Assembly: GCA_945874195.1 (NCBI GenBank)
Contig: CAMCFW010000001.1
Span: 1-30,377 of the forward strand
Length of the DNA stretch: 30,377 bases
DNA from: Chryseobacterium gleum
GTDB taxonomy: Bacteria > Bacteroidota > Bacteroidia > UBA10329
Direction of reading: 5' to 3'
Made by a program: the position numbers and the translations under genes. Positions within the stretch are counted from its first letter, which is position 1. The number at the start of each line of letters is the position of its first letter. Shown here piece by piece: positions 8,132 through 17,688 of the stretch. The notes under the pieces are model-generated. The model did not search any database, had not been told where the DNA came from, and saw nothing but the letters and a program-made list of their open reading frames with translations.

Positions 8132-10039
8132 ATGAAAATGATACGAAGATCTTTTTTGGCCGTGATGGCCATGACCCTATATTCCATCGGTCACGCGTCA
8201 GCTGGTCCCGAACCTGACAGTGTGAATCACGAGATCCAATCGCCAATTTACGACAGGGAGATGGCGTATAAAGGCCATACGAAAAGGTCTTTCTATGTGA
8301 TGATGGAGGACAGCGTGCACCTAGCTGTTAACGTGTATCTGCCCAAAGGCCTGAAACGCGATGAAAAAATTCCGGCTGTGTTATTCCAAACCCGCTATTG
8401 GCGAGGCGTTGGGCTCAAATGGCCATTCACCAATATGCTTGACGTAGTTCCACACACGGCCAATTTTCCGGTGATCGACCTACCTAAATATGGTTACGCT
8501 CTGGTGACGATTGATGTACGTGGCAGCGGGGCTTCCGAAGGCGAAAAAACACTTACACTCTGCGATACGCGCGAGGTGCTGGACAGCAAGAACATGATCG
8601 ATTGGGTGGTTTCGCAACCTTGGTGTAATGGAAATGTTGGCGCAACCGGAGTCTCTTACATCGGAAATACAGCCTTGTATGCCCTTTACAACCAACATCC
8701 CAATTTGAAGGCCATTGTGCCAACTTATTCACTTTGGGATATTTACGATGACGTTTCGGCACCTGGTGGAATCTACTTCCATCAGTTCATAAGCCAGTAT
8801 GGCGATTTCTGCGAGAGCCTAGATAAGAACGTCATCCCGCCAAGCCGCGACATCAGAGGGGCAGCTCTGTCCTATGGCGTAGAACGAGTGAAGGGATTCA
8901 GCAAAAGGGATACCGAGAAGATCATTGCCCAGCATTCGTGCAACCATTATCACCGAACCGAAGGAGGAACTGCCGAATTCATGGATGATGTGTTCACGTT
9001 AAATGGCGATTTTAGAGTTCGCGATGTGCTCAGTCCGCACGTTTTTGCAGATAAGATAAGGGCTTCGGGCGCGGCCATCTACTCGTGGAGTGGTTGGTGG
9101 GATGCGGCATTTGCCCATGCGGCCGTCCGACAGTTCATCAATTTGAACAACGGCCAAAACCGACTTAGACTTGGCCCCTGGAACCATGGCGGTGGCGCCA
9201 ATGTGAGTCCGAATATGGCCAACAGAAGCGAACACGATGATCTGAAGGAAGTGGTTCGTTTCTTCGATTTTCATCTGAAGGGAATGGACAACGGGCTGGA
9301 CCGATCACCCCGGGTGTATTACTATACCATGGTTGAAAACACATGGAAGAGTGCTGATGCATGGCCCGTTCCTGCGGAAAGAAAACCACTTTACTTCAGT
9401 TCAAACTCCAAAGCTGATTGGACTATGGTGGACAATCAACAGGCATTCACCTCATATGAAGTCGACACCACTCATTCATTGGGATTGGATTGTCGATGGA
9501 ACTTTGATACCGGCCATCATGGTGTTAGCTACTCAAATGCAGCATCGGAAGACAGCATTACGCTGACATTCTCGGCTCCGGTGCTTAGCGAAGACATCGA
9601 AATTACGGGGCATCCACAAGTTAATCTCTATTTGAGGTCGTCAACGCCTGATGGTTCTGTTTTCGTTTATCTGGAAGATGTGGGCGAGCACGGAAATGTT
9701 TGGAAGGTAACGGACGGTCAGTTCAGATTCATTCACAGGAAGTTGCATGAATCTGCCCCGCATTATCAGGATGTTGTTCCGTACCACAGTTACACCCAGG
9801 CCGATGCACTTCCTTTGGATACTTCGAAAGTAGAATTTGTCAGTTTCGACATGTTGCCCACATCTCATCTGTTCTTAAAAGGGCATCGAATTCAAATTAG
9901 AATTGCAGGGGTTGACATCTTTAATTTCAAGAATCTATATCCGACCGGTGGTTCTTGGAATATCCATCACGATTCTGATCATCCTTCGCATGTAGAACTC
10001 CCCATTGTGGATCGCAACCTGATTGTGGGTAAGAACTGA
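8132..10039 (+). CDS. CocE/NonD-family (peptidase S15-like) serine hydrolase, exported
   Basis: VHLAVNVYLP, QTRYWR, DVRGSGASEG, nucleophile elbow GATGVSYIG, acid GWWD, His in GPWNHGG, C-terminal domain (ITGHPQVNLY, FLKGHRIQIRIAG), N-terminal signal peptide. Confidence 0.88.
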   Translation: MKMIRRSFLAVMAMTLYSIGHASAGPEPDSVNHEIQSPIYDREMAYKGHTKRSFYVMMEDSVHLAVNVYLPKGLKRDEKIPAVLFQTRYWRGVGLKWPFTNMLDVVPHTANFPVIDLPKYGYALVTIDVRGSGASEGEKTLTLCDTREVLDSKNMIDWVVSQPWCNGNVGATGVSYIGNTALYALYNQHPNLKAIVPTYSLWDIYDDVSAPGGIYFHQFISQYGDFCESLDKNVIPPSRDIRGAALSYGVERVKGFSKRDTEKIIAQHSCNHYHRTEGGTAEFMDDVFTLNGDFRVRDVLSPHVFADKIRASGAAIYSWSGWWDAAFAHAAVRQFINLNNGQNRLRLGPWNHGGGANVSPNMANRSEHDDLKEVVRFFDFHLKGMDNGLDRSPRVYYYTMVENTWKSADAWPVPAERKPLYFSSNSKADWTMVDNQQAFTSYEVDTTHSLGLDCRWNFDTGHHGVSYSNAASEDSITLTFSAPVLSEDIEITGHPQVNLYLRSSTPDGSVFVYLEDVGEHGNVWKVTDGQFRFIHRKLHESAPHYQDVVPYHSYTQADALPLDTSKVEFVSFDMLPTSHLFLKGHRIQIRIAGVDIFNFKNLYPTGGSWNIHHDSDHPSHVELPIVDRNLIVGKN

Positions 10040-10116
10040 CCCACTGGCCCAGCAGCCTCATGGAATTTTGATCAATAGTGACATTTTATCGGGATGCCCA
10101 GTCTGAATTGAAGCAA

Positions 10117-10153
10117 AAAGCCCCGCTTCGCGAAATGCGCGAAGCGGGGCTTT
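10117..10153. terminator. Intrinsic terminator, probably bidirectional, between the convergent CocE gene and groEL
   Basis: Perfect 16-bp stem AAAGCCCCGCTTCGCG / CGCGAAGCGGGGCTTT with a 5-nt loop (AAATG). T-tract on the minus strand (groEL direction), shorter T run on the plus strand. Confidence 0.85.
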
Positions 10154-10174
10154 CAATTGAACTGATCGGTTGGC

Positions 10175-11821
<1,647 letters not shown>

Positions 11822-11843
11822 TTAGATTTTTTAGTTTGATCAA

Positions 11844-12122
11844 TTAAACGATTGCGAAAATGTCTGACTCTCGCATAATAAGCACATCGGTTCCGTCAAC
11901 GGTTATCTCGGTGCCGGCATACTTTCCGTACAGTACCGTATCACCAACCTTAACGGTCATCGGCTCGTCCTTCTTCCCTGCCCCTACAGCAACCACCTTT
12001 CCTTTCTGTGGCTTTTCCTTAGCAGTGTCTGGAATGTAAATTCCCGAAGCTGTCTTTTCTTCGGCCAAGGCGGCCTGCACCACAACTCTGTCGGCCAATG
12101 GTTTTATCTTAATAGCTCCCAT
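11844..12122 (-). CDS. groES: Co-chaperonin GroES
   Basis: [54 protein letters not shown]; directly upstream of groEL. Confidence 0.98.
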   Translation of the reverse strand: MGAIKIKPLADRVVVQAALAEEKTASGIYIPDTAKEKPQKGKVVAVGAGKKDEPMTVKVGDTVLYGKYAGTEITVDGTDVLIMRESDIFAIV

Positions 12123-12170
12123 TTTTAGTATTTATTGATTTAGTGAATATTGTTTTTGGTGACTCGCCCT

Positions 12171-12187
12171 TGTCATATTCTATGCCA
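12171..12187 (-). promoter_or_regulatory. Sigma54-like -24/-12 element upstream of groES (candidate)
   Basis: Minus-strand TGGCATAGAATATGACA: TGGCA with GG-N10-GA, where the canonical form is GG-N10-GC. It ends 48 nt before the groES ATG. No TAnnTTTG was seen in this interval. Confidence 0.4.
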
Positions 12188-12235
12188 TCGGTCAATTGCA
12201 GACAATAGGGCTGAAATGATGGCATTAGGACAAAA

Positions 12236-12268
12236 AAAATGTCAGGATGAGTGACATCCTGACATTTT
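12236..12268 (-). terminator. Intrinsic terminator ending the miaB-secG operon
   Basis: 14-bp perfect stem AAAATGTCAGGATG / CATCCTGACATTTT with a 5-nt loop, followed on the minus strand by a run of 8 T; about 20 nt after the secG stop. Confidence 0.8.
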
Positions 12269-12288
12269 AAAGATCCCGAAGGAAAGTC

Positions 12289-12621
12289 TTATTCGGCAGC
12301 TGCCGGTTCTTCAGCACCTTCAGCGCCTTCACCTCCGCCCGGGAGGGCAGCGTTGTCGATCTGTTCTTGAATGACCGATTCTTCTTCAACCGTTTCTGCT
12401 CTATCGATAAAGAAATTTGAACCAAGGGTAAGAACGATCAGCGCAACGGTAAGATACCAAGTGGCTTTTTCCAAGAAATCGCCTGTTCGCTGAACACCGA
12501 TGATCTGGTTGGAGGACGAAAAATCGGAGGCCAGACCTCCACCTTTGCTGTTCTGGATCATTACAACGCCTACCAATAGAAGGCAGACAACGATGATCAA
12601 GATGATGATGAGTGTGTACAT
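12289..12621 (-). CDS. secG: Preprotein translocase subunit SecG
   Basis: TM1, VMIQNSKGGGL, IIGVQRTGDFLEKATW, TM2, and an acidic C-terminal extension typical of Bacteroidota SecG. Confidence 0.93.
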   Translation of the reverse strand: MYTLIIILIIVVCLLLVGVVMIQNSKGGGLASDFSSSNQIIGVQRTGDFLEKATWYLTVALIVLTLGSNFFIDRAETVEEESVIQEQIDNAALPGGGEGAEGAEEPAAAE

Positions 12622-12622
12622 G

Positions 12623-13453
12623 TTAGTTTTCTGTATTCAGTTTTTCGTCTATCTCTTTTAAACGGGCGGCAAAGTAAACGCTTTTCTCCGGATATTTCAA
12701 GCCTAGGGCCTGATAGGCCTGTCTGGCCAATTCATACTTTTCCTGTTCGAAATAAATGCGGGCCAAGGTTTCGGAAACCACGGTGAAGTCTTCGAGTGTG
12801 CTTTTGGCACCCACTTTCTGAGGATTGAAGAATTCTGCGCGTTTTTTCACCCCCGTTGATTGCTGAGCAAGAAAGTGATCGATGATATCGATCTTGCTCT
12901 TGGTGGGCTGAGATTCAGTGTCCTGCACCTGTCTGATCGATGAAGTTTCGGCACGTAGGTCTTCGGTCTCGATAAAACTTAGCCACTCGCTGAATGTCAA
13001 TGCTTCGGGCTGCGGAACAAAAACCGGGTTCTTGGCCACGGTTGGCAACACAAGATCTGGAAGGTCGGCCTTTTCGAGCTGATAGACGATCGGTTCCGGT
13101 ATCAGGTCGTAAAGCGATGACCTTTCAATGATTTCAGGGACCAGAACAGTTTCTTGTTCAGAATCAACTGTTGTTGGGCCCGACACGGGTTCATCGTCTA
13201 CAGAAATGGCTTTCACAGCTACTTTACCGTGCAGATAAGCGTGCAACTGTTTCCTGTTGGGCACCATGATCGCAGCCAGTTGCAATTGATTGAGCTGATC
13301 AATATGATTCTCCTGCTTCAGATTTTTGGCCAGCATGACCTGGGCTGCCTGAAAATAAGGGTATCGCCTGATGATGTCTCGAATGTCGGCAATGCTGGAG
13401 AAGTTCATCTCAGAAGGGTTCTCCAACCATCTATAGAACTGATCTTGGGTCAT
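12623..13453 (-). CDS. Conserved hypothetical protein with C-terminal TPR-like motif
   Basis: N-terminal RYPYFQAAQVMLAK helix bundle, low-complexity acidic/Pro linker, C-terminal SETLARIYFEQEKYELARQAYQALGLKYPEKSVYF. Tightly packed between lptE and secG; no signal peptide. Confidence 0.75.
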   Translation of the reverse strand: MTQDQFYRWLENPSEMNFSSIADIRDIIRRYPYFQAAQVMLAKNLKQENHIDQLNQLQLAAIMVPNRKQLHAYLHGKVAVKAISVDDEPVSGPTTVDSEQETVLVPEIIERSSLYDLIPEPIVYQLEKADLPDLVLPTVAKNPVFVPQPEALTFSEWLSFIETEDLRAETSSIRQVQDTESQPTKSKIDIIDHFLAQQSTGVKKRAEFFNPQKVGAKSTLEDFTVVSETLARIYFEQEKYELARQAYQALGLKYPEKSVYFAARLKEIDEKLNTEN

Positions 13454-14007
13454 TACCAGTTCACCACCGCCTCGTTGAAAATGTCGAGGATCAACTGTTC
13501 GTTGATCTCGGCCACCAGCGCTTGCTCCACTTCCGTTAGGTTCTGGGTGGCATCAAAATCGGCAAAACGGGTGAAGGTCTTTTCAAAGCTCTTTGCCTCT
13601 TCCTTGGTGTTGGTGTAGGTCACGTTCACGGTTACGGTAAGTCGGTTTTTGGCAGCCGTTTCGTTTCCCTGAATGGCCACTGGACGCGTTTGATAGCCGG
13701 AAATGTAGCCCTCGAACCGGATGTCGCCATTCTTGGCCAACAGGTCAAGATTGGTTCGGCTCACAAAAAGTTCGCGAAGCGCTTCTGTGAATGTCTGTGG
13801 CATATTGGCCGGGGCCAATGGTGCGAATGAAGGAAAGAAATCGATGCTCACGGATTTTACCTCTGGCGAAATGCTAGCCCCCGTGAAAGAGTAAACTCCG
13901 CAGCCACTGAAAGACACCAGATAACAGACCATGAACGTCAGAAATCCTACCCTCAAAATAAGCTTCGGGAACACTAATTCCGTAATATGTCTGCTAAGAT
14001 CGGACAT
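13453..14007 (-). CDS. lptE: LptE-family lipoprotein (LPS assembly)
   Basis: Lipobox FSG-C followed by GVYSFTGASI, FTEALRELF, NRLTVTVNVTY, FTRFADFD, ILDIFNEAVVNW. The true start may lie downstream of 14007. Confidence 0.8.
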   Translation of the reverse strand: MSDLSRHITELVFPKLILRVGFLTFMVCYLVSFSGCGVYSFTGASISPEVKSVSIDFFPSFAPLAPANMPQTFTEALRELFVSRTNLDLLAKNGDIRFEGYISGYQTRPVAIQGNETAAKNRLTVTVNVTYTNTKEEAKSFEKTFTRFADFDATQNLTEVEQALVAEINEQLILDIFNEAVVNW

Positions 14008-15255
14008 CTAATCAAGGTTGTATTCCTTTATCTTCCTGTAAAGGGTACGCTCAGAAATGCCAAGTTCGCTGGAAGCCGCCTTCCGTTTGCCTCGGTTCTT
14101 TTCCAACGCTTTCTTTATCAATTCTATTTCGCGGTCTGCCAAAGAAAGTGACTCTTCCACCTCTTCATGCGCTTCAAACGATTGTTGCCCGGGTCTGTGT
14201 ATCTGCACTTCGTGAACTCGCGATCCAAGATCGATGGGACCTGCCGGATCGACATCCTGATGCAATCTTCTGATGGTGGAAGCATGATGCTCGGTGATCT
14301 CTTCATCTGCCTGCCCAGAAACCACGTCAAGCACCAACTTCTTAAGGTCGTTTATGTCGCGCTTCATATCGAAAAGCACCTTGTACATCAGTTCCCGTTC
14401 AGAGAAATCGGTCTGTCCGTCTGCGCTTCCGCCCGAGTTTGTAGCGGGTCTTACGGCAGGAAGATTGGTCTTCCCCTGATCGGGAAGGTAGTTGCGAAGC
14501 TTTTCCGCGTCAATTTCGCGTTCCTTTTCGATGATGGAGATCTGTTCGGTGACGTTGCGCAACTGTCTGATGTTGCCAGGCCAGCGGTAGTTCATGAGCA
14601 TGATACGCGCTTCTTCCGTCAATCGAACGCCCGGCATGCGGTACTTTTCGGCAAAGTCGCCCGCGAACTTTCGGAACAGCAAGGGAATATCGTCCTCGCG
14701 CTCTCGCAAAGAGGGTATCATGATCGGAACCGTGTTCAATCGGTAGTAAAGGTCTTCGCGGAACTTGCCTTTGCTGATGGCATCTGGAATATTAACGTTC
14801 GTTGCGGCAACGATCCGCACATTGGTCTTCAAGGGTTTGGACGAACCGACCTTGATGAATTCGCCTGTTTCAAGCACACGCAATAGTCGCACCTGAGTTG
14901 ACATTGGAAGTTCGGCCACCTCATCGAGGAAAATGGTGCCGCCATCGGCCACTTCAAAATAACCTTTCCGTGCTTCGTGTGCTCCCGTGAACGAGCCTTT
15001 TTCGTGTCCGAACAATTCCGAATCGATGGTTCCTTCTGGAATGGCACCGCAGTTAACGGCAATGTAAGAACCGTGCTTGCGCGAACCCAACTGATGGATG
15101 ATCTGCGGAAAAACCTCCTTACCCGTTCCACTTTCACCTGTTACCAACACCGAAATATCAGTTGGCGCCACCTGCATGGCGGTATTGATGGCATGATTGA
15201 GCAAAGGCGAATGCCCGATGATGCCGAAACGTTGTTTTATCTGATCTACTGTCAT
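14008..15255 (-). CDS. Sigma54-dependent transcriptional activator (AAA+ bEBP, Fis-type HTH), no N-terminal sensory domain
   Basis: Walker A GESGTGKE, SELFGHEKGSFTGA (GAFTGA-loop variant), Walker B IFLDEV, FREDLYYRL, WPGNIRQL, HTH AASSELGISERTLYRKIKEY. Confidence 0.92.
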   Translation of the reverse strand: MTVDQIKQRFGIIGHSPLLNHAINTAMQVAPTDISVLVTGESGTGKEVFPQIIHQLGSRKHGSYIAVNCGAIPEGTIDSELFGHEKGSFTGAHEARKGYFEVADGGTIFLDEVAELPMSTQVRLLRVLETGEFIKVGSSKPLKTNVRIVAATNVNIPDAISKGKFREDLYYRLNTVPIMIPSLREREDDIPLLFRKFAGDFAEKYRMPGVRLTEEARIMLMNYRWPGNIRQLRNVTEQISIIEKEREIDAEKLRNYLPDQGKTNLPAVRPATNSGGSADGQTDFSERELMYKVLFDMKRDINDLKKLVLDVVSGQADEEITEHHASTIRRLHQDVDPAGPIDLGSRVHEVQIHRPGQQSFEAHEEVEESLSLADREIELIKKALEKNRGKRKAASSELGISERTLYRKIKEYNLD

Positions 15256-15265
15256 TGCTTCTCAA

Positions 15266-16708
15266 TCATTTCACGGCTATGCCCAAAAGTGTGGCCGAAG
15301 TACAATCATTCACCAGCACATTCACATAATCGCCTTTTTTGAAATTCTCCTTCGGAAACACCACCACCTTGTTCTGCGGATTGCGGCCCTGAAGCATGTC
15401 TTTCGATTTCTTGGAGGTGCCTTCTGCCAACACACGGAAGGTCTTTCCCAGGTCCTTCAAATTGCTGCGGTGCGAACTGGCCGATTGAACTTCGATCACT
15501 TCGGCAAGACGTCTTTGCTTCACTTCTTCCGGAATGTCGTCTTCCATTTTCTTGGCAGCCGCAGTCCCCGGTCGTTCGGAGTATTTGAACATGTAAGCGA
15601 AGTCGAAACCGACCTCTTCCATCAGGCTCAGTGTGTCCTGGTGATCCGCTTCCGTTTCGGTGCAGAAACCAGTGATGATGTCGGTGGAAAGGCCACAATT
15701 CGGAACGACCTCTAGAATCTTTTTCATCCGCTCCAAGTACCATTCGCGGGTGTAGCCACGGTTCATGAGTTCTAGAAGTCGCGTGCTGCCCGATTGTACC
15801 GGAAGGTGAATGTAGCTGCAGATGTTCTCGTGGTTGGCCATGGCGTAAAGCACGTCATCGTGCATGTCCTTGGGGTGCGAAGTGGAGAAACGGACACGCA
15901 GTTCGGGGGTTATTTGGGCCACCATCACCAACAGCTCGGCAAAACTGACGGTTCCGCTGAGGTCGTTCCGGGCAAGGATGTCCTTCTTCAAACCGCCACC
16001 ACCCCAGAGGTAGCTGTCCACATTCTGACCAAGCAACGTCACCTCTTTGTAGCCATCGGCAAAGAGTTGGGTGCATTCTTGCACAATGGACTGCGGATCG
16101 CGGCTGCGTTCGCGGCCTCGGGTAAATGGCACCACGCAGAAACTGCACATGTTGTCGCAACCACGGGTAATGGAAACAAAGGCACTGACGCCATTGCCAC
16201 CCAAACGCACGGGGCTGATGTCGGCATAGGTTTCTTCTCGCGAAAGCAGCACGTTCACGGCCTTCTGACCCGATTCGGCAACGCGAACGAGGTTGGGAAG
16301 GTCGCGGTAGCTATCTGGACCGACCACAATATCCACCAGTTTTTCTTCTTCGAGGAGTTTTGATTTGAGGCGCTCGGCCATGCAGCCCATCACACCGATG
16401 ATCATGTCTGGGTTCTTCTTCTTCACCTTGCGGAACTGGTCGAGGCGGCCGCGTACGCGCACTTCGGCATTGTCGCGTATTGCGCAGGTGTTCACAAAAA
16501 TGACATCGGCCTCTTCCATCACCTTGGTGGTTTCGAAGCCTTCGGCAATGAGCACGGATGCCACGATCTCGCTATCCGAGAAATTCATGGCGCAGCCGTA
16601 CGATTCGATGTAGAGTTTCTTACCTGAACCACTTTTCACGGCCATTTCGAGCACTTCGCCCTGCCGTGATTCATCGATCTCCTTGACTGAAATATCTTCG
16701 TTCCGCAT
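15266..16708 (-). CDS. miaB: tRNA (N6-isopentenyl adenosine(37)-C2)-methylthiotransferase MiaB
   Basis: [24 protein letters not shown], radical-SAM [18 protein letters not shown]-terminal TRAM domain. Confidence 0.96.
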   Translation of the reverse strand: MRNEDISVKEIDESRQGEVLEMAVKSGSGKKLYIESYGCAMNFSDSEIVASVLIAEGFETTKVMEEADVIFVNTCAIRDNAEVRVRGRLDQFRKVKKKNPDMIIGVMGCMAERLKSKLLEEEKLVDIVVGPDSYRDLPNLVRVAESGQKAVNVLLSREETYADISPVRLGGNGVSAFVSITRGCDNMCSFCVVPFTRGRERSRDPQSIVQECTQLFADGYKEVTLLGQNVDSYLWGGGGLKKDILARNDLSGTVSFAELLVMVAQITPELRVRFSTSHPKDMHDDVLYAMANHENICSYIHLPVQSGSTRLLELMNRGYTREWYLERMKKILEVVPNCGLSTDIITGFCTETEADHQDTLSLMEEVGFDFAYMFKYSERPGTAAAKKMEDDIPEEVKQRRLAEVIEVQSASSHRSNLKDLGKTFRVLAEGTSKKSKDMLQGRNPQNKVVVFPKENFKKGDYVNVLVNDCTSATLLGIAVK

Positions 16709-16725
16709 CTGAAAAAATTGGGCTG

Positions 16726-16733
16726 CGAAGGTA
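16726..16733 (-). promoter_or_regulatory. Bacteroidota sigma70 -7 element (variant) for the miaB operon
   Basis: Minus-strand TACCTTCG (TAnnTTCG variant), 17 nt upstream of the miaB ATG. Confidence 0.5.
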
Positions 16734-16955
16734 GCGAAATAATCGCGAGGCTGTCAGTTTGGCAGACAGATGGCATTGACGGCAAACCAATCGGGGCGGG
16801 CCGCGTGAGGGATGGCAGCGGCATCCTTTTTTCATTCACTCGCGCTTCGAGAACCTCAGTGCCCGTTCTGAAAAAAGATATAGCGGACAGCCCGACCGCG
16901 CCTGCGAAGCTGCGCGGGCACGCCCAAATAACGGTGCGTGACGATGGGGTTTCGC

Positions 16956-16963
16956 TATTTTCG
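16956..16963 (+). promoter_or_regulatory. Bacteroidota sigma70 -7 element (variant) for the GT2/GT-C operon
   Basis: TATTTTCG (TAnnTTCG variant), 8 nt upstream of ATG 16972. Confidence 0.45.
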
Positions 16964-16971
16964 CCAAGCCG

Positions 16972-17688
16972 ATGAGCGCACTGAAAACCCTCGACATTGT
17001 GATTCCCTGCTTCAACCCGCGCGCTGGGTGGGAAAAGGTGCTGACGGAAGGCGTCCGCAAAGTTAGGGCAGGGCTGCCCGAGGGTGTTTTGAGAACGGTG
17101 ATGGTAGTGAATGATGGGTCGGTGAACGGTATGACTGACCGAATTGTGGCGCAATTACAGGCCGAAATGCCCGAATTCAGGCTTATAGCCTATTCTGAGA
17201 ACAGGGGAAAGGGCCACGCGGTGCGAACAGGTATCGGTTCGAGCATTGCCGACCTGCAGATCTATACGGATGTTGACCTGCCTTACCGAGAAGAATCGGT
17301 GATTGGTTTCTACAAACTTCTGGCAGCCAACGATGCTGATGTGGTGGTGGCGAGCCGAGGCGACAGCTATTACGGTTCGCTTTCCGCGTTCAGAAGAATA
17401 TTATCGAAAACGCTTCGTTCGCTGAACGGGCTGCTTTTCGGACTGAAGATAAAGGACACGCAGGGAGGATTAAAGGGATTCAATGCGGCCGGGCGCGAAG
17501 TTTTTTTGAAGACAAGGGTGAACCGCTACCTGTTTGACCTTGAATTCATTCAGCAGGCATCGAAAGCAGGATTGCGCATGTTGGCCGTTGACGTGGAACT
17601 GAAACCGGGCATTGTTCTTCCTTCGCCAAGCCTCGTCATCCTACTGAAAGAATTGCATAATTTCATTCGACTTCTTATTCACAGATAG
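16972..17688 (+). CDS. GT2 glycosyltransferase, polyprenyl/dolichol-phosphate sugar synthase-like
   Basis: VIPCFN, VVNDGS, NRGKGHAVRTG, DxD motif YTDVDL, DTQGGLKGF (resembling DTQCGFK of Dol-P-Glc synthases), RYLFDLE. Confidence 0.85.
   Translation: MSALKTLDIVIPCFNPRAGWEKVLTEGVRKVRAGLPEGVLRTVMVVNDGSVNGMTDRIVAQLQAEMPEFRLIAYSENRGKGHAVRTGIGSSIADLQIYTDVDLPYREESVIGFYKLLAANDADVVVASRGDSYYGSLSAFRRILSKTLRSLNGLLFGLKIKDTQGGLKGFNAAGREVFLKTRVNRYLFDLEFIQQASKAGLRMLAVDVELKPGIVLPSPSLVILLKELHNFIRLLIHR

Noticed and set aside
12122-12289. CIRCE (HrcA) or sigma32-type heat-shock element upstream of groES
   Set aside because: No TTAGCACTC-N9-GAGTGCTAA and no convincing sigma32 consensus is present.
14167-14886. 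239-aa antisense ORF over the sigma54 activator
   Set aside because: Shadow ORF opposite a highly conserved AAA+ gene; no motifs.
15266-16708. Apparently higher GC and stronger codon bias in miaB and the dipeptidase than in the left-hand operon
   Set aside because: Judged by eye only, not computed. Both are core genes and no mobility genes or flanking repeats suggest horizontal transfer.
16810-16832. GGATG...CATCC hairpin followed by T6 in the miaB-GT2 intergenic region
   Set aside because: The stem is only 5-6 bp and there is no upstream plus-strand gene to terminate; too weak to call a terminator or riboswitch.
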